64,000 nucleotides of DNA from an uncultured Gemmatimonadales bacterium (GTDB taxonomy: Bacteria > Gemmatimonadota > Gemmatimonadetes > Gemmatimonadales > GWC2-71-9), in contig CAVYSW010000003.1 in NCBI GenBank assembly GCA_963771275.1, forward strand, positions 736,001-800,000. Direction: 5' to 3'. The position numbers and the translations under genes were made by a program. Under the pieces are notes generated by a model. It had not been told where the DNA came from and ran no database searches. It saw nothing but the letters and a program-made list of their open reading frames with translations. How positions within the stretch are numbered: position 1 is the stretch's first letter; each line of letters opens with the position of its first letter. Shown piece by piece: positions 10,735 through 24,200 of this stretch.

Positions 10735-11717
10735 CGACCAGCCCGTTCCTCGAGCTGCGCGACGAACGCGGGGTCCACGTTCCCGCCGCTCACCACCAGC
10801 ACCGTGGGCCCGCGCGGCGTGAACGCCCGCGCGCGCAGCGCGGCGGTGGTGGCGGCGCCGGACGGCTCGACCAGCAGATCGAGTGCCCGCTTGAGCCACA
10901 CGGTGGCCTCGATGATCGCGTCATCGGACACCGTCACGGCCTCCACTTGGTCACGCACGTGGGCGAACGGAATCGGCCCGACGGACACCGGAAGCAGGCC
11001 GTCGGCGATGCTTTGCGTGCTCGCGAGGCGCACCACATGACCGGCCCGGAGCGCGGCCCCCATCGCCGCCGAGCCCTCCGGCTCCACCGCGATCACCCGA
11101 GCCGTCGGTACCAGCGCCTTGATGGCGATGGTGATGCCGGCAAGCAGCCCGCCACCTCCCACCTGCACCGCCACGTCGGCCACGCCCGGCAGGTCCTCCG
11201 CGATCTCCAGGCCGACCGTGCCCTGCCCCGCGATCACGTCCGGATGGTCGAACGGCGGGACCATGACGAGCCGCTGGGCGGTGATGATCTCCTCGGCCTT
11301 CGCCTTGCGCTGCTCGGAGGTGGTGCCCGCGAACACCACCTCGCCGCCCCACTTCCTCACGCCCTCGACCTTCTTGACCGGGGCATTCTCGGGCATGACG
11401 ACCACCGCCCGGAGCCCCAGGCGTCGGGCGGCATAGGCCAGCGCCTGACCGTGGTTTCCCGAGGAATAGGTGATGACGCCCCGGCGGCGGACCTCGAGCG
11501 GCAGCCGCCGCACGGCGGTCCACGCGCCGCGCAGCTTGAACGCCCCGGTGGGCTGCCGGCTCTCCAGCTTGAGATAGACCGGCGCGCCCGCCAGAGCCTC
11601 GAGCGCCTCGACGCGAACGAGTGGCGTGCGTTCCGCCACGCCCACGAGCCCGGCTGCGGCCTCGCGAATGGCGTCGAGCGTCACGCGGGCGGGTACGGCG
11701 GTCGCGCCAGCGGTCAT
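10731..11717 (-). CDS. PLP-dependent threonine/serine dehydratase (catalytic domain only)
   Basis: KLESRQPTGAFKLRGA, SSGNHGQA, VGGGGL, EPSGA, SGGN. Confidence 0.9.
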   Translation of the reverse strand: MTAGATAVPARVTLDAIREAAAGLVGVAERTPLVRVEALEALAGAPVYLKLESRQPTGAFKLRGAWTAVRRLPLEVRRRGVITYSSGNHGQALAYAARRLGLRAVVVMPENAPVKKVEGVRKWGGEVVFAGTTSEQRKAKAEEIITAQRLVMVPPFDHPDVIAGQGTVGLEIAEDLPGVADVAVQVGGGGLLAGITIAIKALVPTARVIAVEPEGSAAMGAALRAGHVVRLASTQSIADGLLPVSVGPIPFAHVRDQVEAVTVSDDAIIEATVWLKRALDLLVEPSGAATTAALRARAFTPRGPTVLVVSGGNVDPAFVAQLEERAGR

Positions 11718-11752
11718 CAGCTCGCCAATCTACCGATCATCCGGAGCCGCCG

Positions 11753-14287
<2,535 letters not shown>

Positions 14288-14356
14288 GCGTGTTCCTTCG
14301 CGATGCGGAAGAAGGGGCCCGGCGGACCCCTTGGAGGAGTCTACGAAACGTAGTCG

Positions 14357-14420
14357 GTGACGCCCTGTTTTTCAATGGCTTGCAGCCGACTACAAGCTCG
14401 TTGTTCGACAAGCAGCTTAC
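14357..14420. promoter_or_regulatory. Two tandem imperfect palindromes in the divergent gyrA/vapB intergenic region
   Basis: GTGACGCCCTG-N5-CAATGGCTTGC (14357-14383) and ACAAGCTCGTTG-N5-CAAGCAGCTTAC (14392-14420). Confidence 0.4.
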
Positions 14421-14506
14421 AGTCTCTGATCGGGCAGCCGTTTAATTCAGGCATGGAAGTGTGCCACATTAACGTTGAATCATATTTGGCCGCTCATCGA
14501 GAGTCA

Positions 14507-14812
14507 GTGACATGCCACGCAGATCCGCCGCGCCGGGTGCGGGAACCGATCCAGGTCTATCTCGACGTCGACGAGCGCGCCCTGCTCGATCGGGTCGCGG
14601 CGGAGACCGGTCTGTCCCGTGCGGAGATCCTGCGGCGCGGGCTGCGGCAGTTCGCCGCCGAGCAGGCTGGGGCCAAGAGTCCGATGCTCGAGTTCATGGA
14701 GTCGCTGGGCGATCTCGACCTCCCGTCCGATCTGTCCGAGCGGCACGACGACTACCTGGCCGAGATCTATGAGGCGGAGGCAAACAGGCGCGACCTCGAG
14801 AAGCCGCGGTGA
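14507..14812 (+). CDS. vapB: Ribbon-helix-helix (CopG-like) antitoxin; start uncertain
   Basis: IQVYLD...LDRVAAETGLSRAEILRRGL RHH pattern; DLSERHDDYL tail; GTGA overlap with the PIN gene. Confidence 0.75.
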   Translation: MTCHADPPRRVREPIQVYLDVDERALLDRVAAETGLSRAEILRRGLRQFAAEQAGAKSPMLEFMESLGDLDLPSDLSERHDDYLAEIYEAEANRRDLEKPR

Positions 14813-15237
14813 CTCAGCGCATCCTGCTCGACACGTCGGGCTGGGTTGCGGCGCTCAATCCGCGCGACCAGCACCACGTCATCGCCAGAGACTACTACCG
14901 GCGCGCCCTCGCCGAGCGCCAGACCTTCGTCACAACCAATCTCCTGCTCGCAGAGACGCATGCGCTGGTGGCCCGGCGGGTGGGGGAGGCCGCCGCGCTC
15001 GCCCTGCTGGATCACCTCCCGCGCGATCCGCTCCATGAGGTGGTCTGGAGCACCCCGGATCTCGAACGGGACGCCATCGACCGCTGGCTGCGCCCCCGTA
15101 TCGGTCAGGGTATCAGCTTGGCGGACGCAGTGAGCTTCGAGGTGATGCGCCGCGAAGGACTGCGCACTGCCTTCACGCTCGACCGGGACTTCGAGGTCGC
15201 GGGGTTCGAATGCATGCCGCGGGCGGGAGGAGCGTGA
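14809..15237 (+). CDS. vapC: PIN-domain toxin
   Basis: ILLDTSGW...DQHH...LLAE...SLADAVSF...AFTLDRDF acidic PIN motifs. Confidence 0.9.
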   Translation: MTQRILLDTSGWVAALNPRDQHHVIARDYYRRALAERQTFVTTNLLLAETHALVARRVGEAAALALLDHLPRDPLHEVVWSTPDLERDAIDRWLRPRIGQGISLADAVSFEVMRREGLRTAFTLDRDFEVAGFECMPRAGGA

Positions 15238-15379
15238 GGGGACGGGCCCGCCTTGGCCGACCACCCTCCGAGGGCGCCGAGCCCGAGCGTGTGGCTGCGC
15301 CGGTGGGGTCCTAGGAAGCCGCTGAGAGCGGCCACTCGGCAACGGACTGCCCGATGAGACGGGCGGCAAGATCCCGAGG

Positions 15380-16603
15380 TCAGCGGTTCCGGATCCTCCC
15401 CCGCACCACGGACGGCAGGTCCAGGGAGTCGAGCGCCAGCGCGTAGAGATGATCGCCGCGTACCACCATCACTCCCGAGATCGCGAAGTCGGTACGCGCC
15501 ATGCCGAGGTAGCGTCCCTCGGGATCGAACACGTCGAACGTCACACCCGCGGGGTTCCTCGCGCCCGCGGGCAGCGTCGGACGCACCCAGAGGTAGTCTC
15601 CGTCATCCACGTACAGCTGATTGACCGCCGGCTGCGTCTTGCCGAACCGGGACTCGTTGACATCCCCTCCCCACTCGCGAAACGGCTTCAGGCGATCGAC
15701 CTCGCGCGCGCGATCGGCGTCGGTGACGGGCACCGACTGGTACTTACGCTCCACGATCCGCACGGTATCCCCGTCGAACGCCTGGAACACGATGCGGTAC
15801 CGATCGGTGATTGCCGAGACCAGAAAGCTCCGCGGATCGATAGTCCACAGCAGGCGGGGGGCGAACGGCACGGCCATGCGAATGATGCTGGTTTCGATGC
15901 CCGAACGCCGGGTGGCTGCAAAGGTCGGGGTCTCGAACTCGGGAATCCGGACCGAGTCCATCACCTCCGCCGAGTCGCCCAGCTCGAGCAGGATCTCATG
16001 CCGGCCCTGGAAGACCCTGCGCTCAGGGCTCTCCACCGCCACGTCGAACACGGCGCCGACGTCGTAAAGGTGACCTTGGTGATCGAAGCCACCCCGCCAT
16101 CTGCCGGACGTCGCTGCTCCGGGTCTCCGGCGGATGGCGAGAAACGTCCCGGCCGTGTCCCACACGGAGTAGCGCGCGGCTTGCGGGTCGACCACCCAGA
16201 GGTGCCCGTCGGGAGCGAAGGCGATCCCGGTCGCGGCGAGTAGCTCTCCCGGCCCTCCACCCTTCCTCCCGAGGGTCCGGACATAGCGACCCAGGGTATC
16301 GAAGACCCGGATGTCCTGAGCCTGGCCATCCAAGACGTATATCCGTCCCGCGGCGTCGACCGCGAGGTCCCGCACCTGTCCGAACGTGTCCGGGCCCTCG
16401 CCGTCGGCGGCGCCGATCGAGAGGTCCCGCTCGATCCGCCAGGCCTGGTCCGGACGCCACCCGCCGGCCGCGGGATTTCGGACCACCACCACGCCGCTGG
16501 CCAGTGTATCCACGCTCCCCCGCCAAGTGCCGTCAGGAGCCCGCTCGCCCGAGCAGGCGGCCAGGAGCCCGGCGAATGCGAGGGCGGCAACGCTACGCGA
16601 CAC
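15380..16603 (-). CDS. 6-bladed beta-propeller (TolB/NHL-like) lipoprotein, paralogue 1
   Basis: Lipobox [29 protein letters not shown]-terminal DSLDLPSV. Confidence 0.8.
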   Translation of the reverse strand: MSRSVAALAFAGLLAACSGERAPDGTWRGSVDTLASGVVVVRNPAAGGWRPDQAWRIERDLSIGAADGEGPDTFGQVRDLAVDAAGRIYVLDGQAQDIRVFDTLGRYVRTLGRKGGGPGELLAATGIAFAPDGHLWVVDPQAARYSVWDTAGTFLAIRRRPGAATSGRWRGGFDHQGHLYDVGAVFDVAVESPERRVFQGRHEILLELGDSAEVMDSVRIPEFETPTFAATRRSGIETSIIRMAVPFAPRLLWTIDPRSFLVSAITDRYRIVFQAFDGDTVRIVERKYQSVPVTDADRAREVDRLKPFREWGGDVNESRFGKTQPAVNQLYVDDGDYLWVRPTLPAGARNPAGVTFDVFDPEGRYLGMARTDFAISGVMVVRGDHLYALALDSLDLPSVVRGRIRNR

Positions 16604-17039
16604 GGATCGACGTGACGACGTCGTTCTTCCTGATCGCGTTTACCACGTCCTGACCCTTGGTGACCTGGCCGAAGATGGTGTGCTTGCCGTCGAGGTGCGG
16701 CTGCGGCGAGTGGCAGATGAAGAACTGGCTCCCGCCGGTGTCCTTCCCCGCGTGGGCCATCGAGAGCGTCCCCGCCACGTGCTTGTGCGTGTTGAGGTGG
16801 GTCTCGCACTTGATCTTGTAGCCCGGGCCGCCCGAGCCGGCGCGGCGGTCGTTCGGGTCCTTCGAATACGGGTCGCCCCCCTGGATCATGAAATTGTCGA
16901 TCACGCGGTGGAACCGGGTGCCGTCGTAGAACTCCGAGTTGGCGAGCTTCGCGAAGTTGGCGACGGTGCTGGGCACTTCCTTGTCGAACAGCTCGGCGAC
17001 GATGGTCCCGCGGCTGGTCTCGATCGTGGCGGTCTTCAT
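16593..17039 (-). CDS. Cyclophilin-type peptidyl-prolyl cis-trans isomerase
   Basis: [50 protein letters not shown]. Confidence 0.95.
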   Translation of the reverse strand: MKTATIETSRGTIVAELFDKEVPSTVANFAKLANSEFYDGTRFHRVIDNFMIQGGDPYSKDPNDRRAGSGGPGYKIKCETHLNTHKHVAGTLSMAHAGKDTGGSQFFICHSPQPHLDGKHTIFGQVTKGQDVVNAIRKNDVVTSIRVA

Positions 17040-17151
17040 CAGGCGGCTTCCGGTTGGCGGTTGCTGCAAAGTAACCCGTCAAGGGACTTGCGGTTCCCCT
17101 GTCGCGCCGGCACTCTCCATCCCCTGCGTCCATCCCAGGAGACGTTACTCC

Positions 17152-17592
17152 ATGCCCGCTCGCCCGCTTCTGCTAACCACGATCCTCGCCGCCGCCTGCG
17201 CGACGACAGCTCCGCCGTCAGCCCGAGACCTGACCCCGGTGATCCAGACCATGCTCGACAGCTCGGCGGTCGCGTGGAACGCCGGGAACCTCGACGGGTT
17301 CATGTTCACCTACGCCCACGACTCGGCGACGGCGTTCATGACCCCGGGCGGCCCGGTCTATGGCTATGACGCGATCCGGGCGCGCTACGCGCCGCGGTTC
17401 GAGCCGGGCGGCGTGCGCGACTCCCTCACCTTCACCGACCTCGTCGTACGACCGCTCGACGCCGACTACGCGATCGCCACCGCGCGCTACGTGCTCAGCC
17501 GCGGCGACTCCGTGACGGCGACCGGGCCGTTCACCGTGGTGCTGCGGCGGCAGCGCGAGGGGTGGCGGATGATTCACGACCATACCACGTAG
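17152..17592 (+). CDS. NTF2-like/DUF4440 family lipoprotein
   Basis: LAAAC lipobox; AWNAGNLDGFM...GWRMIHDHT. Confidence 0.75.
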   Translation: MPARPLLLTTILAAACATTAPPSARDLTPVIQTMLDSSAVAWNAGNLDGFMFTYAHDSATAFMTPGGPVYGYDAIRARYAPRFEPGGVRDSLTFTDLVVRPLDADYAIATARYVLSRGDSVTATGPFTVVLRRQREGWRMIHDHTT

Positions 17593-17687
17593 GAGCGGCA
17601 GGGGGGGCAGGAGCGGCAGGAGGGGCGGGGGCAGAGATAAGGTATGGAACCGGGCACTAACCCCTGCCCCTCCCCCCTTCTGCCCCC
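17591..17687. repeat. Dispersed purine/pyrimidine inverted element built on the AGCGGCAGG unit (copy 2), between convergent genes
   Basis: GCAGGAGCGGCAGGAGGGGCGGGGGCAGAGA, spacer, CCCCTGCCCCTCCCCCCTTCTGCCCCC. Confidence 0.55.
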
Positions 17688-17688
17688 G

Positions 17689-18089
17689 TCACCGGCCGCG
17701 AATCGGCACGAGGGTGCGGCATCCGTACGCATCCGTCGCCGCCACAAGGGACACGCTCACACCCGCCGCCGCCGTGTCGTTGACCGGGAAGACTCGGCAC
17801 GTCTGGATCGGATACAAGGGCCCTCGCCATTCGGTACCGGTGAGCACCAGCAGCCCACCCGACCCGTCGGGGCGGGCATCGCGCACCACCGGATCGGAGC
17901 TGTCCGGCATCAGACCGGCGAGCGTGACGCGCGGGAACACCTCGCCGGTATCGCTGAACCACTGGAGCAGCGGGCGGCCGGGCCAGTCAAAGGGATCGCC
18001 CGGGGTAAGCACCAGCACGGCGTCCCGCCGAGGATCGAACCGGAAAATGCGCTCAAGTCTTCATGAACTACGGATGAAGTCCTACTCAT
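17689..18089 (-). CDS. Hypothetical protein, possibly frameshifted near 18055
   Basis: ATG at 18089 overlaps the upstream stop (MSRTSSVVHEDL); the longer coding-looking part (17689-18018) is in another frame. Confidence 0.3.
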
Positions 18090-19419
18090 GGCCCGCTCTA
18101 ATCTCTGCGCCTCTCCCCTGCGCCCCCGTTGCCCCCTCACCCCCCTTGAGGATCCTCGCCCGCACCACGAACGGCACCTCCAGCTCGTCCTGCGTCACGC
18201 CGTAGATCATCCCATTGCGGAAGACAGGTGTGGGATACTCGCTCAGCCGGAACGGCAGCCGCACACGGCCGAGGTAGCGGCCCTCGGGGTCCAGCACGTC
18301 GAACAGGCGGTCGCGGTCCTTCCGATCGCGCGTGGTAAGCTGCACCCAGAGGTGGCCGTCGTCGGCCAGGTAGAGCGAGCTGAGCGCCGGCTTGGTGCTC
18401 GGTATCCGCGAGCGATCTACCTTTCCGCCCTGGCTGGTGAACCACTTCAGGCCGGCAACCGCGCTGTCCACATCTTCGCTCGTCACGGGAATCGGCTCGA
18501 ACGCCATCTTCACCACCCGCAGCGTGTCGCCCGCGCGACCGAGCCGCAGCAGCTCGTAGGGACCGGTGAGCGCGGCCCAGAAGTCGCCCGCGCTGGTGAG
18601 CCGCCACTCCAGCGCCGGGCTGAAGGGGACTCCGCTGCGCATCCGGCCACCCTGCGCGGTGCGCAACTCGAAGAAGTTCTCGGCACCGGGGTAGCGAGGT
18701 GTGCGGATCGAGTCGATCGGCTTCAAGGTCGAGTCGTAGCGGACCAGCAGTAACTGGAAGTCGCTGGCCTGGAGGTCGGGCGTGTAATTGTAGAACACGC
18801 CGGCCGTGTCGAATCCGCCGGGCCAGGGCATGAACACGAACCCACCCAGCATGTAGTGGCTGCGGACGAACGTCCCGGCCGTGTCGATCACGGAGATGCG
18901 GTTATTCTGGGGATCGATCACCCGGAGGTTCCCGTCCGGCCCCCACGTCATCCCGATCGCCTCAGCGAACTCGCCCGGGCCGCCGCCCTTCCGCCCGATC
19001 GTCCGGACGTACCGTCCGTCGCGGTCGAAGACCCGCAGCTCCTGAGCCTGGCCCTCGAGCACCCAGATCCGCCCGTCGCGATCCACCTCAAGCGCATCGA
19101 CTTGGCCGAACAGGTCGGGGCCGGTGCCTTCGAGCGTACCGATGTGGAGATCCTCGCTGACCCGCCAGCTCGATGCCGAGTCCCAGACTCCCTGAGGCGG
19201 GTTGGTGACGACGATGGTGCCGCTGGGGAGCGTGTCGATGGTGCCCTGCCAGCGTCCCGTGGCCATGTGGGCGTCGGCGCAGGCGAGGAGCGCCAGGAGC
19301 GGCACAGGCAGCAGAGGCGGCAGATGGTGGTCGAGATTGGCAATCCAGCCGCGGACGATCGCTACCAGGTGCAGTATTCTGATGCCGCGATCGATCAGGC
19401 CTCGGTTATTCTCGGGCAT
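18082..19419 (-). CDS. 6-bladed beta-propeller lipoprotein, paralogue 2; start uncertain
   Basis: LLALLAC lipobox; [31 protein letters not shown]; clear paralogue of 15380-16603. Confidence 0.8.
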   Translation of the reverse strand: MPENNRGLIDRGIRILHLVAIVRGWIANLDHHLPPLLPVPLLALLACADAHMATGRWQGTIDTLPSGTIVVTNPPQGVWDSASSWRVSEDLHIGTLEGTGPDLFGQVDALEVDRDGRIWVLEGQAQELRVFDRDGRYVRTIGRKGGGPGEFAEAIGMTWGPDGNLRVIDPQNNRISVIDTAGTFVRSHYMLGGFVFMPWPGGFDTAGVFYNYTPDLQASDFQLLLVRYDSTLKPIDSIRTPRYPGAENFFELRTAQGGRMRSGVPFSPALEWRLTSAGDFWAALTGPYELLRLGRAGDTLRVVKMAFEPIPVTSEDVDSAVAGLKWFTSQGGKVDRSRIPSTKPALSSLYLADDGHLWVQLTTRDRKDRDRLFDVLDPEGRYLGRVRLPFRLSEYPTPVFRNGMIYGVTQDELEVPFVVRARILKGGEGATGAQGRGAEIRAGHE

Positions 19420-19513
19420 GCATGGTCACCGTCGACTGGTGGTTTGGCGGCAGTCGCAGACCCTGGTGCAGCGTAACAACTACTACACAGATCAGGCAAC
19501 CGCGCCCCACTTC

Positions 19514-20820
19514 TTACCGTGACCCCCGCAGGAGTGCAGTCGGCAATGGCGGTATCATCGTGGCGAGGAACACCGGGATCCCCAAAGTGTCCGGGACCAC
19601 GAACCACGCGATGGAATCGCGAACGATGTCGGGCAGGCGGGCGTGGGGCACGCTCAAGGAGCCGCGATACCCCGTGCGGGCGTGATACAGATATCGGCGA
19701 TCGCACTGTCCCCTCCCCAGCGCAACGCCCAGGCAGTCGAATCCGACCCCAGCACGACATCGATGTACCGAGGCATGTACGTGGCCCACTTGCCCTCGAA
19801 CAGTTGGCGCTGGGACACCCCGAGAAACGGCAGTTTCTCGTCCGGGTCCAGGGTATGTCGCCGCAACTCGCGCTCGCGTTCTGCGCGGTCGACCTTCCTC
19901 GGCGCGAGCTTGACGGCAAAAGACGAGTAGAGTGCAGCCGACTCACCGAAGAACCACACTCCATATCGGTCGTAGGAGATGGCGACCAGGAGCCCGCCGT
20001 TCCCATCCCAAGTTCTGCCGTGACTGTTGAGGTAGGGGCGCTGTGCCGGGTACCCCCTCATGTCCAGTCCCGCGAACTGTACCCAGCTGTTCCGTAGAGC
20101 CAGAACGGTCGTCCAGGTGCTAGAGTCATCCGGGACCACGCCTTCGACCGACAGCATGGTGCGGACATGGGGATCAGATGAGTTGACGTCCCCCTTCCCG
20201 CTCCGGCTCGCGAGCAATCTGTCGTACGCGCGCGCTAGATGCACGTCGTAGGTAGCGACAAGCGGTGTCCTATAGGTCTGGAGCGTCGCTAGGTACTTGC
20301 CGTTTCGAGCGTACCACTGGATTCCACGACTATCGGCTAGCGCGAAGCCCTCGGGGAATGCGGCCAGGCGATTCCTCGCAGTTCCCCTCATCGCAAGACC
20401 GACGAAGTTCAACTCACCGGGACCAGGACCCTCTCGACCGAACGTGAGCCGGGTGACGCCCAGCGTATCCATTACGATCACCCGGCTGAGCATCATGTCG
20501 AGAACCGCCAGCAATTCCTCCTCTGGATGCCAGTCGATCCCGCCGATGAGGCTGAGAGGCTCGGATGACCTGACGTGCCAACGAATGCGCAATGGCGCTG
20601 CCAAAGGCACGACATGCTCACCATCCTGCGCCAGCAGGCTCCGCTCGCACATCACCTGCTCATCGGCTGATCGAGGGTCGGTTACTCGCTGGGCGCGCCG
20701 CCCCTCCGCTTCGCTCCTGCAACCAGCCAGCGAGACGCCGAGGAGGGTGCATAGGGCCAGAAGCAACACGGCCCCATGTCCGATGGTTGCGCACGATCCG
20801 GCACATCGGGAGCTTGTCAC
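19514..20820 (-). CDS. Divergent 6-bladed beta-propeller lipoprotein, paralogue 3, frameshifted near 19690
   Basis: LAGC lipobox; FGREGPGPGEL; the C-terminal YHARTGYRGSL...DTLGIP lies in the 19514-19789 frame; visibly more A/T-rich than the flanks. Confidence 0.6.
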
Positions 20821-21009
20821 TAGCTCACGCTCCCAGCGTGCATCGGCGACGACGGGTCGATACGGCGCAGCCCCGACATAGTTCAAGGTGTTCTTGGTGC
20901 CGAACGACCATCACTATTGATCGATCCTTCGACAGTTGTCCCACGTCGAGCAGCCGAGTTGGAGGTGATCTGCCCATCGACAAGGGGGCGAAGTCGCCGC
21001 GTAGAGAAA

Positions 21010-21250
21010 TCGGGACTTGCAGTGCGTGGCGCAACCCGCGACTCATCTATCGTCTGACCAAACAGCTTCCGCCGGGCCGAGTTGCGTCGCTTCCTCGATA
21101 GCTCCATTGGCAGCCTGGCCGAGATCGACGCCATGATGGACACGCTCGGCACGCTCTACGATCTCGACGCGTCGCTATGCACTGAGATCGAGTCCACTCG
21201 CCGCACCGTCAACGCTGGCCTATTCGCGCTCCTGCGCGGCCGGGGGCGCG
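21010..21250 (+). pseudogene. Degenerate four-helix-bundle (23S rRNA IVS-type) protein
   Basis: AW...IYRLTKQLP is followed out of frame by ELRRFLDSSIGSLAEID; the family's central segment is absent. Confidence 0.5.
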
Positions 21251-21251
21251 G

Positions 21252-24200
21252 TCACGCGGGAGCGCCTGCCGCTCCGGCCGCGTCTGCCGCCCCTGCCGCT
21301 TCTGCCGCTCCGGCCGCTCCCGCCACCACCCCCGCGGCCACCCGCTCCCGCTCCGGCCCCCGCTCCAGCAGCGAGTAGATCGCCGGCGTCACGGTGAGCA
21401 CCAGCAGGGTCGAGCTCGACAGCCCGCCGATCAGCGACAGGCCCAGCGCATTCCAGATGTTCGAGTCCGCGTAGTCGCTGAAGAACACCAGCGGCAGCAG
21501 CCCGAAGATGGTGGTGAAGCTGGTCATCAGGATGGGTCGCACCCGTTCGATGGTTCCGCGAATGGTCGCCTCGCGGAGCGGGAGGCCGTACGAGCGGCGC
21601 AGCAGATTGATGTGGTCCACGAGGAGGATCGCGTTGTTCACCACGATGCCGCCCATCATGATCACGCCGATCACGGCTTCGCGGGTGAAGCTCGCGTCGG
21701 TGAAGTAGAAGATCAGGAACACGCCGATCAGCGCCATCGGGACGGTGAGCAGCACGCAGAGCGGCTGCCGCAGCGACTCGAACAGCGCCGCGGTCACCAT
21801 GAACACCAGCACGAGCGAGATGGCCAGCACGCCGTAGAGCTGCTTGGCTTCCTCCGTCGACCAGCGCCATTCCTGCTCGCCCTCGATGGTGTAGCCCTCG
21901 GGGAGCTGGGTCGCCGCGACCACCGCGTCGCGCACCCGGTCGCCCAGCTTGGTGGGGCCGCGGAACTCGTAGCTCACATAGCGCTGATACTGCTGGTTCT
22001 CCCGCTCGATGCGGCTCAGCACCTCCCGGTCGCCCACGGTCGCGACGTCGCCCAGGCGGACCCCCTGGCCGTCCGGCGTCTGGAGCAGCAGCTCGGGCAG
22101 CTCGTGGATGTCCATGTTCTCGTTGTTGGCGAGCTTGACGTCGAAGCGCAGCTCGTCGCCCGCGACCCGCACGTACCCCCGCCGTACGGTGCCCTGCACC
22201 GCCGAGGCGACCTGATAGACCACGTCTTCCGCGGTGAGCCCGTGCAGGCCCAGCCGCTGGCGGTCGATGGCCAGCACGAACTCGCTGGCCTTGTCGCTGG
22301 TGTACCAGCCCCCGGCCGAGTTTACGTCCACGTCCCGAATCCGCGAGAAGCGCTTGAGCCGTTGTCCCAGATCTTCGGCGATGTCCCGGACCGTCTCGTA
22401 GTTGTAGCCCAGGATCTTGATCGAGTAGTTGGGCGGACTGGCGCCGCCCCCGTAGAACGACGGCCCGTAGCCGTACACCCGCACCTCGGCCCCGCCGAAC
22501 AGGTTGCTGTAGGCCACCATCTGCTCCTTGATGGCCACCGGGATCTGGGTGTTTTCGAGGGAATCGGGGAACGTCACGCGGATGAAGGCGTACTGCGGCG
22601 CCACCTGGGTCACGTAGCGTTCGACCTCGGGGGTCTGTGCCAGCTTCTGCTCGAAGAAGCGGGCGAGCTCGTCGGTGCGCTCCAGCTCCTCGCCGCGCGG
22701 CAGATTGATCTGGATGCTGATGTAGGTATCCTGCCCGAACCACGACCGCCACAGCACCCCGCGCGTCACGTACTTGTTGAACACGTAGTACGACCCGCCG
22801 AGCCCCGCGAGCGCCAGGAGGATCGTGACCCACGGCCAGCGGAGGGTGAACCTGATCATCGTGGAGTAGACGCGGACGTAGATGGGGCGGGCGGGCGGGC
22901 CACCGGCGGCAGGAACGCTGGCCGCGGGAATGGTGCCACCGCCAGTCCGCCGTCCCGCACTTGCGCCGAGCGCCTTGGCCGCCAGCGCCGGAATGAACGT
23001 GAACGCCACGAACAGGCTCGCGAGCAGGCTCATCCCGACCACGATCGCGAGCGGGATGTAGTAGGCCCTGAGCTCACCCTGGAGGTACACGAACGGGATG
23101 AACACGATCACCGTGGTGAGCGTGGAAGCGAGCACCGCGAGCACGACCTCCTTGGCGCCTTCCTCGGCGGCGCCCACGACCCCGGTCGCCGTGCCCGCTC
23201 CGCGCTGGCCCGTCTGCCATTTTCGGTAGATGTTCTCCAGAACGACGATGGCGTTGTCGACGATCAAGCCGAATCCCATCGCCAGGCCCATCAGGGTCAG
23301 CACGTTGAGCGAGTAGCCGCCGAAGTAGATCAGGTTGAGCGTGATGAGGATCGAGAACGCGACCGTGGCGAACACGATGGCGGCGGAGCGGAACGACCGG
23401 AGGAACGCCAGCAGGATCACGAACACGACGGCCGCCGAGATGATGGCCCGCACGCGCAGGTCCTGAAGCTGCGTCTTGATGGCGTCGCTCTCGTCGGCAT
23501 CGAGCAGCACGCGCACGCCGGCCGGGTGGGTGGTCGAAAGCTCGGCCATCCTGCCCTTCACCCGGTCGGCGACGGCCACCGTGTTGACCCCCACCTCCTT
23601 GTGGATGGTGAACGCCACCGCCGGCATGCCGTCGATGCGGTAGAGGCTCTGGGGCTCCTCGTAGGTGTCATGCACGGTGGCCACGTCGCTCACGCGGACG
23701 ATGCGGCCGCGGTTGGTGAGCAGCGGCGCGCGCCGCACCTCATCCGGGGAGTCGGTGCGCTGCCGGATGGCCAGGGTCCGTTGGATGCCGTCCACCTCCA
23801 CCACGCCGGCGTCGGTCACGTACTCCAACTGCATGATCCGCTGCCAGATGACCCGGGGGAGGAGCCCCAGCGCGTTCACCTTGTCTTCGTCGAGCACGAT
23901 CTCGAGCACGCGCTCGCGGCCGCCGTACGCGTCGATGCCCGCGACGCCGTCGACTTGGAGCACTTCCGGGGTGACCTGCTCGTCGAGGTAGGCGCGCAGC
24001 GCTTCGAGCGTATAGGGACCGGTGAGGGTGTAGCGCAGGAATGGGCGCTGCTGCTGGCGGAACTCCTCGGGAACGTAGGGCGTGATGGTCGGCCCGATAA
24101 CGCCCTCGGGCAGATCCTCCTCGATCGCCGCGAGCCGCTCCGACAGCTCCAGGCGTGCGAAGTCCATGTCGGTGCCGCGCGCGAACTTGACCGTGATCTG

